A DNA stretch of 64,000 bases from Anthoceros angustus (Eukaryota; Plantae; Anthocerotophyta), in contig MU008155.1 of the NCBI GenBank assembly GCA_010909165.1, forward strand, positions 2,418,001 through 2,482,000. The letters are read 5' to 3'. This document shows, piece by piece, positions 25,396-39,539 of this stretch. The notes under the pieces are model-generated. The model was not told the DNA's origin. It ran no database searches and saw nothing but the letters and a program-made list of their open reading frames with translations. A program made the position numbers and the translations under genes. Position 1 is the stretch's first letter. Each line of letters begins with the position of its first letter.

Positions 25396-26406
25396 ATGGC
25401 TAATGATGATGCTCCCGTTAGCGTTGTACCTTACACATGGGTGGATGATTCCTAGAATCGGATGCCCACATTGGTTTCTACATTGAAGACGCAAGGAAGC
25501 ATGAGGATGAGGTGGTGACGCTCCTTCCTTACCTTGGAACTTCCAAGCTAAAGACCCTTCCGGACCGCTTTCTAAGTATACCTTGAAGTTGGTAGACGTG
25601 GTCGATTTGATCATGGAAGTCAAGCAAAGAAGACCTCAACCACGGCCTCCCACCATGGGCGATCTAGAAAGGATGATGACGTAATGGTGGGCACCACCAT
25701 CCCTAAGGCGCAACAAAATAGCGAACAATGGGAGTGAGGCGTCGGCTTTAGCATGGTGATGGAGGAGGTCCAGACACGAGGTATCACGGAGTGCATTGGC
25801 ATTCTATTCACAAGTCGTATAATGTGTGTCGATGGCACGCTACGTGCCGACTCACCTTCGTGAAGTTCCACCAGTTCATTTGGGGCGATTCGAAAGGACA
25901 TAGCCGTGATTCGGGACTTGGTGCAAATCAAGTTGTTTTATGTGGCTTCAAGCGTCGAATACGAGTGAAGCTCAACTTCAAAGATCCCGCATCCTTAGAG
26001 ACATATCTACAGGCGGCCGGATTGGGTGGCCATCACAGTTGGCGAGAAGTAATAGGGTTTGTGAGGATGGAAGTTCAACAAAGCGCAAATTCTTCTCCCG
26101 TAGTGCATCGGAGGCCTTCCACATGGTGTGTATATCGAGAAGAAGAGATGAAACAAGCTGCAGATGTGCCAAAAGATGCTCGTAGGAGACCACATATGAG
26201 GCTTTCGTTTTGAGAAAGTCAAGGCCAAATAGATGCAGTCCGACAAGTTGTTGAGGTTGAGGGGCACACCATTCTAGCACCAAAACCTACAATTGTTGGT
26301 ATAAAAAGAGGAAGCTGGAAAAACATACTGACCGTAGGCGATCATAATGGGTATGATGATACCAAGGAGCTCAATCATCCCTCACAGATTATTTGGTTGA
26401 GCTTGA
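25396..26406 (+). CDS. ORF-A copy
   Basis: Same sequence as 1277-2290. Confidence 0.4.
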
Positions 26407-27193
26407 GCTTCACAAAGTTCCGCTTGGGTAGCTACCTTTGCATAGCCTGAGAAGTGCCGCCTGCTCTCGAGCTGCAGGAAGAAATCCTTGGTTCATCCAT
26501 CCATCCGCTCGAACCCACAAGAAAGTACTCTCTAGCGCCTTCACAAGAAAGTATTTGGCGCCTTCAAACTCAGGACCAATACTTTAGTGCCTTCCAACTC
26601 ACAGGATAATAGTCTAGCGCCTTCAAACTCAGACCCATACTCTACCCTTCCAACTTACGAGGATAATACTCTAGCGCCTTCAAACTCATAGAAAAATATT
26701 CTAGTGCCTTCCAACTCACAGGATAATACTCTAGCGCCTTCAAACTCAGAAAAATATATTTGGCTCCTTCTTAGATCCATTGTTAAATACTCTAACGCCT
26801 TGACTCACACTAGGGAGTTCAACACGCCATGGCTCACTCACACCGGGAGGTCACTATGTGAGAAACTTTGCGAATCAATTGGAGCAACATAAGTCGCCAA
26901 GGGAGTGTGGATCGCGATGGGAGAGGGAAAAGGGCATGAGGATCGGGAGGAGAAGGGAAGGAAAGAGAGAGGTATGTAGAGAAGATATGGGTGAAAAAAG
27001 GATAACATGAGAAAACAATATAAATATGGAAGATGAAGAGAAGGGAAAATGGGAAAATGGGAAGGAGAAAACAAAAGAAATGAGAGGATATGGAGAAATA
27101 GTAAAGAATCTTCCTCTTGAGCGAGGAATGTTTTATTGAAAGGCAAAAAAAAATGGTATATATACACGGCCGAGTGAGTTGTAACATCGGAGA

Positions 27194-28670
27194 TTTGAGA
27201 ATGCCGAAACTTACTCAACTATATCAAATGCTATTAAACATTGTTTTACGCCTTACCTTCGCGAACGTGCCTAAACCTCACTTTGATCGCCCTAAGACCC
27301 CCATCTCACAACACTCCCCTCGTTCGATCCGGTTCTTCGTTCTACGCCGCCATGACGCCCATCGTGCATGCTTCTGCTTCTCGGCATCCTCTCGACCATC
27401 GGTGGCTTCTCAAGCTCGCGACTCACGATCTCGTATGAGCCAAAAATTGAAAGCCTCGAGCAAGTGGGTAGCCAGCATGAGATCCGAAAAAGGCGGCAGA
27501 TGTTCCGAACACGCAAGAGCCGCTTGCCGCAAGATGCATGGCGGGCGTAAGTATAGAAAGGTTTAGAATTGCGAACTCCAACCTTGCCTCCGGATGACGG
27601 TGAGAAGAGCTTATGAAGAGTGGTGATCAAGGTGTCTGGCAGTCAACGCCTTCCCTCAAGGTTCGCCGAGGAGCCTCGAGCTCCATCACCCGGATAAGCT
27701 TCCTTGCTCGGTCCCTATACCTCTTACATGCTTCTCGTGGAGTACCTTGGGTGCCTTGGTGAGCAGTCGATTTGTTATCATGATATCGACATCATGGTGC
27801 CCAAGCTCGCTATGAGCAACCACACGTGGGATGAAATGGTGTTGTATCTCCACATGTTTGGTCCTTGTGTGGTTGGGTTGTAGGTCATGGCAATTGCATC
27901 GATGGTCGCATAGTAGTTTGGTTGGTTGATCCTGCTCCTCCGGATGTCGTGAATTATCGAATCCAAGGAATCTCCTTTTGCCGCTAGGGAAGTTCTGCAT
28001 ACTCCGCCGGTGGAGGCGGGCACACAGTCAAGCAATTGCATCCCGGAGACTAACCGTTGTTGAGGATCATGGGTCTGCGTAGACTTGCGTGCATCCGGAT
28101 CTCCCGATGCATTTGAGTAGGAGGTTAACTAGTACAAGCTTCTTTGGAAGTGGTGTTTTGTATACAAGTCCAAGGATTTGCAGCCCTTCAAGTAGCGGAG
28201 GATGCGCTGACGCTAGTCCAAAGGGCTCTCCCATGGTTGGAGAGGTATCTTGATGCAATATTCACACTGTGACATGTCCGGCCCGGTCCACATTGCCAAA
28301 TAGAGTAGGCTAGCCGCCCGGCCTCGGCGTAGGGCACCAGGACATCTCATGAGCTTCTTCCGAGTTGTGGGGGTCATCGGATAGCTTCTCATGGGAAGCA
28401 ATAGGAGTGGAGACGGGCTTGGCATCGCTCGCTTCAATCTCTCCGGCAGTCGTGTGGTGTCACAGCGGATGAACAAGAGCGGAGAATTGTGCATGAGGCA
28501 CATCGAGGCGTCAAGGGGTCCCTTGAGTGCCGACGGTGCAATGATTACCTCGAAAGTGATTGTAAGGTGGTGTTTAGTTGCTAGCTTGCACACTAATAGC
28601 AAGTTCTTGGTCATTGCACGTGGAAGCATACATTAATGGTGAGCGCTCTCCATCTTCCTTCCCTTCCCTA
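27194..28670 (-). mobile_element. Copia RT-RH-LTR remnant
   Basis: RTKHVEIQHHFI...LLTKAPKVLHEKHVRGIG. Confidence 0.85.
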
Positions 28671-29405
28671 TACGATGGCTTCACGATAAGCTCACATGCA
28701 TAGAATAAATATTATTTTGATAAATTAAAATAATGTACAGATATAAACTAATATTTACATAAATCATGAATATTACTATTTTCATTTAGATATTATAAAC
28801 TTAATCAGATTGTACTATAATAAATACTAAAATACAATATAGTAACCCTTTACCTATTGAAAAACTTATTTAATAATCTATTAATAAATAAAATCTCAAA
28901 CTCATCGAAATATGGGACATGGGGCATGGAACTCGTTTTTCTATTTGGGCTATATATGTATGTGAGCCCCACCATCTATATTCAAACATGATATATCCAA
29001 TCTCATTGTATGATAAAGAATACTATGGGACATAGTGCATGGAACCCATTTTTCCTATTTGGGCTATATATGTATGAGCCCCACCATCTATATTCAAACA
29101 TGATATATCCAATCTCATTGTATGATAAAGAATACTATGGGACATAGTGCATGGAACCCATTTTTCCTATTTGGGCTATATATGTATGTGAGCCCCACTA
29201 TATTCAAACATCATATATCCAATCTTGATGTATGCTAAAGAATATCATTATCACCCATTCTTTTGAATTTTATTAGAATGTTTAGTTTTCTCATCGGTTC
29301 TCTCTTGAGAGGTTATCATTAGTTTGATCTTTGTAGAGTTACCTATCCATATTCCTTTGGGTTCTTTCTTTATTCTTATTTGCCTTTGGTCCTTTCTAGT
29401 CTATT

Positions 29406-30426
29406 ATGGCTAATGATGATGCTCCGTTAGCGTTGTACCTTACACATGGGTGGATGATTCCTAGAATCGGATGCCCACATTGGTTTCTACATTGAAGGCA
29501 TAGGAAGCATGAGGATGAGGTGGTGGCGCTCCTTCCTTACCTTGGAACTTCCAAGCTAAAGACCCTTCCGGACCGCTTTCTAAGTATACCTTGAAGTTGG
29601 TAGGCGTGGTCGATTTGATCATGGAAGTCAAGCAAAGAAGACCTCAACCACCTCCCACCATGGTGATCTAGAAAGGATGATGACGATCGGTGGCGAAGCA
29701 CCACCATCCCTAAGGCGCAACAAAATAGCGCGAGCAATTTGGGAGTGAAGACGTCGGCTTTAACAGCATGGTGATGGAGGAGGTCCGGACACGAGGTATC
29801 ACGGAGTGCATTGGCATTCTATTCACAAGTCGTATAATGTAATGTGTCGATGGCACGCTACGTGCCGACTCACCACTCATTGAAGAAGTTCCACGGGTTC
29901 ATTTGGGGCGATTCGAAAAGGACATAGATGCGGATTAAGGACTTGGTGCAAATCAAGTTGTTTTATGTGGCTTCAAGCGTCGGTGGCTGAAGCTCAACTT
30001 CAAAGATCCCGCATCCTTAGAGACATATCTGATTACTGCACCGGATTGGGTGGCCATCACAGTTGGCGGAAGTAATAGGGTTTGTGAGGATGGAAGTTCA
30101 ACAAAGCGCAAATTCTTCTCCGTAGTGCATGCGGAGGCCTTCCACATGGTGTGTATATCGGAGAAGAAGAGATGAAACAAGCTGCGGATGTGCCAAAAGA
30201 TGCTCGAGGAGACCACATATGAGGCTTTCGTTTTGAGCAGTCAAGGCCAAATAGGTGCAGTCCGGCCAAGTTGTTGAGGTTGAGGGGCACACCATTCTAG
30301 CACCAAAACCTACAATTGTTGGTATAAAAGAGGAAGCTGGAAAAGCATACGACCAGTAAAGCGATCATAATAATGTATGATACCAAGGAGCTCAATCATC
30401 CCTCACAGTTATTTGGTTGAGCTTGA
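29406..30426 (+). CDS. ORF-A copy
   Basis: Same sequence as 1277-2290. Confidence 0.4.
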
Positions 30427-31221
30427 GGCTTCACCGGTTCCAGTTGGGTAGCTACTGCTTGCATAGCCGGTGAGAAGTGCCGCTGCTCTCGAGGCTGCAG
30501 GAAGAAATCCTTGGTTCATCCATCCATCCGGCTCCGAACCCACAAGAAAGTACTCTAGCGCCTTGAGCTCACAAGAAAGTATTTGAGCGCCTTCAAACTC
30601 ACAGGACCAATACTTTAGTGCCTTCCAACTCACAGGATAATAGTCTAGCGCCTTCAAACTCACAGGACCCATACTCTCGCCTTCCAACTTACGAGGATAA
30701 TACTCTAGCGCCTTCAAACTCATAGAAAAATATTCTAGTGCCTTCCAACTCACGGGATAATACTCTAGCGCCTTCAAACTCAGAAAAATATATTTGGCTC
30801 CTTCTTAGATCCATTGTTAAATACTCTAACGCCTTGGACTCACACTAGGGAGTTCAACACGTCATGGCTCACTCTGCTGGGAGGTCACTATGTGAGAAAC
30901 TTTGCCGAGCAATTGGAGCAACATAAGTCGCCAAGGGAGTGTGGATCGCATTGGGAGAGGGAAAAGGGCATGAGGATCGGAGAGAAGGGAAGGAAGAGAG
31001 AGGTATGTAGAGAAGATATGGGTGAAAAAGGATAACATGAGAAAACAATATAAATATGGAAGATGAAGAGAAGGGGAAAATGGGAAAATGGGAAGGAGAA
31101 ACAAAAGAAATGAGAGGATATGGAGAAATAGTAAAGAATCTTCCTCTTGAGCGAGGAATGTTTTATTGAAAGGCAAAAAAAATGGTATATATACACGCCG
31201 AGTGAGTTGTAATCATCGTGC

Positions 31222-32680
31222 GCTTGAGAATGCCGAAACTTACTCAACTATATCAAATGCTATTAAACATTGTTTTACGCCTTACCTTCGCGAAACGTGC
31301 CCTAAACCTCACTTTGATCAAATGTCAAGACCCCCATCTCCACAACACTCCCCCGTTCGATCCGGTTCTTCGTTCTCACGCCGCCATGACGTCCATCGGG
31401 CATGCTTCTCTGCTCCTCGCATCCTCTCGACCATCCGGTGGCTTCTCAAGCTCGCGACTCACCGATCTCAAGCCAAAAATTGAAAGCCTCGAGCAAGCCG
31501 GAGTAGCCAGCACGGATCCGAAGAAAGGCGGTGTTGGCAGGCACTTATCAACCGCAAGATGCCGCGGGCGTAAGTATAGAAAGGTTTAGAATTGCGAACT
31601 CCAACCTTTGCCTCCGGATGGTGAGAAGAGCTTATGAAGAGTGGTGATCAAGGTGTCTGGCAGTCAACGTCTTCCCTCAAGGTTCGGGAGCTCGAGCTCC
31701 ATCACCCGGATAAGCTTGCTCGGTAGTCCTATACCTCTTACATGCTTCTCGTGAGTACCTTGGGTGTGCCTTGGTGGCAGTGCGATTTGTTATCGCCGAT
31801 GTCGACATCTTGGCTGCCCAAGCTCGCTATGAGCAACCACCGTGGGATGAAATGGTGTTGTATCTCCACATGTTTGGTCCTTGTGTGCGGGGTTGGGTTG
31901 TAGGTCATGGCAATTGCATCGATGGTCGATAGTAGTTTGGTTGGTTGATCCGCCTCCTCGGATGTCGCTCAAATTGTCGAATCAAGGAATCTCCTTTTGC
32001 CGCTAGGGAAGTTCTGCGCCCTCGCCCGGTGGAGGGCAGTGCCTGAGCAATTGCATCCCTGTGAGACTAACCGTTGTTGAGGATCATGCAGTGGTGTAGA
32101 CTTGCGTGCATCCGGATCTCCCTGGTCTGCATTTGAGTAGGAGGTTAACTAGTACAAGCTTCGAAGTGGTGTTTTGTATACAAGTCCAAGGGATTTGCAG
32201 CCCTTCAAGTAGCGGAGGATGCGCTGACGCTAGTCCGATGGGCTCTCCCATGGTTGGAGAGGTATCTTGATGCAATATTCACAGTGACATATCCGGCCCG
32301 TCCACATTGCCAAATAGAGGTAGAAGCCTACATTGTAGGGCACTTGGGACATCTCATGAGCTTCTTACGGGTTGTGGGGCGGGTCATGCGGATAGCTTCT
32401 CGGAAGCAATAGGAGTGGAGGCAGGCTTGGCATCGCTTCAATCTCTCCAGGTCGACGCAGTTGTCCCCGACGGATGAACAAGCGTATGGCATGCATGAAG
32501 CTGCACGCGAGGCATCAAGGGGTCCCTTGAGTGCGACGGTGCAATGATTACCCTCAGAAAGTGATTGTAAGGTGGTGTTTAGTTGCTAGCTTGCACACTA
32601 ATAGCAAGTTCTTGGTCATTGCGGGCACGTGGAGAACGCCATTAATGGTGAGCGCTCTCCATCTTCCCTTCCCTTCCCTA
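31222..32680 (-). mobile_element. Copia RT-RH-LTR remnant
   Basis: Same sequence as other units. Confidence 0.85.
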
Positions 32681-33300
32681 TCGATGGCTTCACGATAAGC
32701 TCACATGCATAGAATAAATATTATTTTGATAAATTAAAATAATGTACGGATATAAACTAATATTTACATAAATCATGAATATTACTATTTTCATTTAGAT
32801 ATTATAAACTTAATCAGATTGTACTATAATAAATACTAAAATACAATATAGTAACCCTTTACCTATTGAAAAACTTATTTAATAATCTATTAATAAATAA
32901 AATCTCAAACTCATCGAAATATGGGACATGGGGCATGGAACTCGTTTTTCTATTTGGGCTATATATGTATGTGAGCCCCACCATCTATATTCAAACATGA
33001 TATATCCAATCTCATTGTATGATAAAGAATACTATGGGACATAGTGCATGGAACCCATTTTTCCTATTTGGGCTATATATGTATGAGCCCCACTATATTC
33101 AAACATCATATATCCAATCTTGATGTATGCTAAAGAATATCATTATCACCCATTCTTTTGAATTTTATTAGAATGTTTAGTTTTCTCTTTGGTTCTCTCT
33201 TGAGAGGTTATCATTAGTTTGATCTTTGTAGAGTTACCTATCCATATTCCTTTGGGTTCTTTCTTTATTCTTATTTGCCTTTGGTCCTTTCTAGTCTATT

Positions 33301-35425
33301 ATGGCTAATGATGATGCTCCTGTTAGCGTTGTACCTTACACATGGGTGGAATGATTCCTAGAATCGGATGCCCACATTGGTTTCTACATTGAAGACGCAA
33401 GGAAGCATGAGGATGAGGTGGTGACGCTCCTTCCTTACCTTGGAACTTCCAAGCTAAAGACCCTTCCGGACCGCTTTCTAAGTATACCTTGAAGTTGGTA
33501 GACGTGGTCGATTTGATCATGGAAGTCAAGCAAAGAAGACCTCAACCATGCCTCCCACCATGGCCGATCTAGAAAGGATGATGACCGGTAGGAGTGGGCA
33601 CCACCATCCCTAAGGCGCAACAAAATAGCGAGCAATTTGGGAGTGAAGCCGCTTTAGCCAGATGGTGATGGAGGAGGTCCGGACACGAGGTATCACGGAG
33701 TGCATTGGCATTCTATTCACAAGTCGTATAATGTGTATCGATGGCACGCCATGCGAAATCTGGCCAAGAAGTTCCACCAGTTCATTTGGGGCGATTCGAA
33801 AGGACATAGATGCGATTCGGGACTTGGTGCAAATCAAGTTGTTTTATGTGGCTTCAAGCGTCGAATACGAGTGAAGCTCAACTTCAAAGATCCCGTGATC
33901 CTTAGAGACATATCTACGGTGCAATCTGGATTGGGTGGCCACTACGATTGGCAAGGAAGCATGAGGATGAGGTGGTGACGCTCCTTCCTTACCTTGGAAC
34001 TTCCAAGCTAAAGACCCTTCCGGACCGCTTTCTAAGTATACCTTGAAGTTGGTAGACGTGGTCGATTTGATCATGGAAGTCAAGCAAAGAAGACCTCAAC
34101 CACGCCTCCCACCATGGTGATCTAGAAAGGATGATGGCGGTGTGGTGGAAGCACCACCATCCCTAAGGCGCAACAAAATAGCGAATACCGGGAGTGAAGG
34201 CGCCTTTAACATGGTGATGGAGGAGGTCCGGACACGAGGTATCACGGAGTGCATTGGCATTCTATTCACAAGTCGTGTGTGTGTCGATGGCACGCCACGT
34301 GCCGACTCACGCTCAGAAGAAGTTCCACCAGTTCATTTGGGGCGATTCGAAAGGACATAGATGCGCGATTCGGGACTTGGTGCAAATCAAGTTGTTTTAT
34401 GTGGCTTCAAGCGTCGAATACGAGTGAAGCTCAACTTCAAAGATCCCGTGATCCTTAGAGACATATCTACGGTGCAATCTGGATTGGGTGGCCACTACGA
34501 TTGGCAAGGAAGCATGAGGATGAGGTCGGTGACGCTCCTTCCTTACCTTGGAACTTCCAAGCTAAAGACCCTTCCGGACCGCTTTCTAAGTATACCTTGA
34601 AGTTGGTAGACGTGGTCGATTTGATCATGGAAGTCAAGCAAAGAAGACCTCAACCACGCCTCCCACCATGGTGATCTAGAAAGGATGATGGCGGTGTGGT
34701 GGAAGCACCACCATCCCTAAGGCGCAACAAAATAGCGAGCAATTTGGGAGTGAAGGCGCCTTTAACATGGTGATGGAGGAGGTCCGGACACGAGGTATCA
34801 CGGAGTGCATTGGCATTCTATTCACAAGTCGTATAATGTGTGTCGATGGCACGCGTGCGACTCACGCTCAGAAGAAGTTCCACCAGTTCATTTGGGCGAT
34901 TCGAAAGGACATAGATGCGCGATTCGGGACTTGGTGCAAATCAAGTTGTTTTATGTGGCTTCAAGCGTCGAATACGAGTGAAGCTCAACTTCAAAGATCC
35001 CGCATCCTTAGAGACATATCTACAGTGCACGCTCGGATTGGGTGGCCATCACAGTTGGCGGAAGTAATAGGGTTTGTGAGGATGGAAGTTCAACAAGCGC
35101 AAATTCTTCTCCCGTAGTGCATGCGAGGCCTTCCACATGGTGTGTATATCGAGAAGAAGAGATGAAACAACCGCAGATGTGCCAAAAGATGCTCGTAGGG
35201 AGACCACATATGAGGCTTTCGTTTTTGAGAACAGTCAAGGCCAAATAGGTACGGTCCAGCAAGTTGTTGAGGTTGAGGGGGCACACCATTCTAGCACCAA
35301 AACCTACAATTGTTGGTATAAAAAAGAGGAAGCTGGAAAAGCATACGACCATAAGGCGATCATAATGGGGCTGTATGATACCAAGGAGCTCAATCATCCC
35401 CTCACAGATTATTTGGTTGAGCTTC
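33301..35425 (+). pseudogene. ORF-A copy with ~550-bp internal triplication
   Basis: Identical junction GGTGGCCACTACGATTGGCAAGGAAGC at ~33935 and ~34488. Confidence 0.6.
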
Positions 35426-36431
35426 AGGCTTCACCGAAGTTCCATTGAGTCAAGCTACACGCATAGCCGAGAAGTGCCGCTCTGCTCTCCGGCTGCAGAA
35501 GAAATCCTTGGTTCATCCATCCATCCGACAAGAACCCACAAGAAAGTACTCTAGCGCCTTGAGCTCACAAGAAAGTATTTGGCCTTCAAACTCACGCAGG
35601 ACCAATACTTTAGTGCTGCCTTCCAACTCACGGGATAATAGTCTAGCGCCTTCAAACTCAGGACCCATACTCTCGCCTTCCAACTTACGAGGATAATACT
35701 CTAGCCTTCAAACTCATAGAAAAATATTCTAGTGCCTTCCAACTCACAGGATAATACTCGCCTTCAAACTCACAGACCCATACTCGCCTTCCAACTTACG
35801 AGGATAATACTCTAGCGCCTTCAAACTCATAGAAAAATATTCTAGTGCCTTCCAACTCACGGATAATACTCTAGCGCCTTCAAACTCACGAGAAAAATAT
35901 ATTTGGCTCCTTCTTAGATCCATTGTTAAATACTCTAACGCCTTGGACTCACACTAGGAGTTCAACACGTCATGGCTCACTCACACTGGGAGGTCACTAT
36001 GTGAGAAACTTTGCGAGCAATTGGAGCAACATAAGTCGCCAAGGGAGTGTGGATCGCGCATTGGGAGAGGGAAAAGGGCATGAGGATCGGAGGCGGAAGG
36101 GAAGGAAAGAGAGAGGTATGTAGAGAAGATATGGGTGAAAAAGGATAACATGAGAAAACAATATAAATATGGAAGATGAAGAGAAGGGAAAATGGGAAAA
36201 TGGGAAGGGAGAAACAAAAGAAATGAGAGGATATGGAGAAATAGTAAAGAATCTTCCTCTTGAGCGAGGAATGTTTTATTGAAAGGCAAAAAAAATGGTA
36301 TATATACGGCCGAGTGAGTTGTAACTGTCATCGAGCGAGTTGAATGCCGAAACTTACTCAACTATATCAAATGCTATTAAACATTGTTTTACGTCTTACC
36401 TTCGCAAACGTGCCTAAACCTCACTTTGATC

Positions 36432-37176
36432 GGTGATCTAGAAAGGATGATGGCGACGTGTGGCGGAAGCACCACCATCCCTAAGGCGCAACAAAATAGC
36501 GAAACGGGAGTGAAGACGTCGGCTTTAACAGGCATGGTGATGGAGGAGGTCCGGACACGGTATCACGGAGTGCATTGGCATTCTATTCACATTATAATGT
36601 GTCGATGGCACGCTACGTGCCGACTCACTCGCTGAAGAAGTTCCACCAGTTCATTTGGGCGATTCGAAAGGACATAGATGCGATTCGGGACTTGGTGCAA
36701 ATCAAGTTGTTTTATGTGGCTTCAAGCGTCGAATACGAGTGAAGCTCAACTTCAAAGATCCCGCATCCTTAGAGACATATCTACTGATTACACTCGGATT
36801 GGGTGGCCATCACAGTTGGCGGAAGTAATAGGGTTTGTGAGGATGGAAGTTCAACAAAGCGCAAATTCTTCTCCGTAGTGCATGCGGAGGCCTTCCACAT
36901 GGTGTGTATATCGAGAAGAAGAGATGAAACAACTGCAGATGTGCCAAAAGATGCTCGTGGGGAGACCACATATGAGGCTTTCGTTTTGAGAACAACAAGG
37001 CCAAATAGGTGCAGTCCAGCAAGTTGTTGAGGTTGAGGGGCACCATTCTAGCACCAAAACCTACAATTGTTGGTATAAAAAAGGCTGGAAAAGCATACGA
37101 CCGTAAGGCGATCATAATGGGGTCAGATGATACCAAGGAGCTCAATCATCCCTCACAGTTATTTGGTTGAGCTTGA
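36432..37176 (+). pseudogene. 5'-truncated ORF-A copy
   Basis: Begins at GTGATCTAGAAAGG, fused to an LTR start. Confidence 0.5.
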
Positions 37177-37969
37177 GGCTTCACCGAAGTTCCAGCTTGG
37201 GTAGCACATAGCCGGTGAGAAGTGCCGCTCGGCTCTCGAGCATGAAGAAATCCTTGGTTCATCCATCCATCCGCTCCGAACCCACAAGAAAGTACTCTAG
37301 CGCCTTGAGCTCACAAGAAAGTATTTGAGCGCCTTCAAACTCACGGACCAATACTTTAGTGCCTTCCAACTCACAGGATAATAGTCTAGCGCCTTCAAAC
37401 TCACAGGACCCATACTCTCGCCTTCCAACTTACGAGGATAATACTCTAGCGCCTTCAAACTCATAGAAAAATATTCTAGTGCCTTCCAACTCAGGATAAT
37501 ACTCTAGCGCCTTCAAACTCACGAGAAAAATATATTTGGCTCCTTCTTAGATCCATTGTTAAATACTCCGCCTTGGACTCACACTAGGAGTTCAACACGT
37601 CATGGCTCACTCACCTGGGAGGTCACTATGTGAGAAACTTTGCCGAGCAATTGGAGCAACATAAGTCGCCAAGGGAGTGTGGATCGGCGCATTGGGAGAG
37701 GGAAAAGGGCATGAGGATCGGGAGAGAGAAGGGAAGGAAAGAGAGAGGTATGTAGAGAAGATATGGGTGAAAAAGGATAACATGAGAAAACAATATAAAT
37801 ATGGAAGATGAAGAGAAGGGAAAATGGGAAAATGGGAAGGGAGAAACAAAAGAAATGAGAGGATATGGAGAAATAGTAAAGAATCTTCCTCTTGAGCGAG
37901 GAATGTTTTATTGAAAGGCAAAAAAAATGGTATATATACGGCCGAGTGAGTTGTAACTGTCATCGAGCG

Positions 37970-38893
37970 AGTTGAATGCCGAAACTTACTCAACTATATC
38001 AAATGCTATTAAACATTGTTTTACGTCTTACCTTCGCAACGTGCCCTAAACCTCACTTTGATCGGTGATCTAAGACCCCCATCTCCACAACACTCCCTCG
38101 TCGATCCGTTCTTCGTTCTCGCCGCCATGACGTCCATCGTGCATGCTTCTCTGCGTTCCTCGGCATCCTCTCGACCATCTGGTGGCTTCTCAAGCTCGCG
38201 ACTCACCCGATCTCATATGAGCCAAAAATTGAAAGCCTCGAGCAAGCCGGGAGTAGCCAGCAGATCCGAAAAGAGCGCCAATGTTCAACACGCAAGAGCC
38301 GCTTGCGGTCCAAGATGCATGGCGTAAGTATAGAAAGGTTTAGAATTGCGAACTCCAACCTTTGCCTCCTGGATGACGGTGAGAAGAGCTTATGAAGAGT
38401 GGTGATCAAGGTGTGTCAAGGCGGTCAACGCCTTCCCTCAAGGTTCGCCGAGCTCGAGCTCCATCACCCGATAAGCTTCCTTGCTCGAGTCCTATACCTC
38501 TTACATGCTTCTCGTGGAGTACCTTGGATCAGCCTTGGTGAGCGTGTCGATTTGTTATCGCCAAGACGACATACATGGTCCCTTGAGCTAAACATGAGCA
38601 ACCACCGTGGGATGAAATGGTGTTGTATCTCCACATGTTTGGTCCTTGTGTGCGTGTTGGGTTGTAGGTCATGGCAATTGCATCGATGGTCGCATAGTAG
38701 TTTGGTTGGTTGATCCCGCCTCCCACGGATGTCGCCAGAATTGTCGAATCCAAGGAATCTCCTTTTGCCGCTAGGGAAGTTCTGCATACTCCGCCGGTGG
38801 AGGCACACGATCGCAAGCAATTGCATCCCTGTGAGACTAACCGTTGTTGAGGATCATGCAAGAGTGCGGTAGACTTGCGTGCATCCGATCACC
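37970..38893 (-). mobile_element. Copia LTR plus RNase H remnant (truncated)
   Basis: RTKHVEIQHHFI; joins the minisatellite at ~38895. Confidence 0.8.
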
Positions 38894-39539
38894 GTATTTG
38901 AGCGCCTTCAAACTCACGGACCAATACTTTAGTGCCTTCCAACTCAGGTGGATAATAGTCTAGCGCCTTCAAACTCACAGGACCCATACTCGCCTTCCAA
39001 CTTACGAGGATAATACTCTAGCGCCTTCAAACTCATAGAAAAATATTCTAGTGCCTTCCAACTCAGGATAATACTCTAGCGCCTTCAAACTCACGAGAAA
39101 AATATATTTGGCTCCTTCTTAGATCCATTGTTAAATACTCTAACGCCTTCTGACTCACACTAGGGAGTTCAACACGTCATGGCTCACTCACACTGGGAGG
39201 TCACTATGTGAGAAACTTTGCCGAGCAATTGGAGCAACATAAGTCGCCAAGGGAGTGTGGATCGCGCATTGGGAGAGGGAAAAGGGCATGAGGATCGGGA
39301 GAGAAGGGAAGGAAAGAGAGGTATGTAGAGAAGATATGGGTGAAAAAGGATAACATGAGAAAACAATATAAATATGGAAGATGAAGAGAAGGGAAAATGG
39401 GAAAATGGGAAGGAGAAACAAAAGAAATGAGAGGATATGGAGAAATAGTAAAGAATCTTCCTCTTGAGCGAGGAATGTTTTATTGAAAGGCAAAAAAAAT
39501 GGTATATATACACGGCCGAGTGAGTTGTAATCATCATCG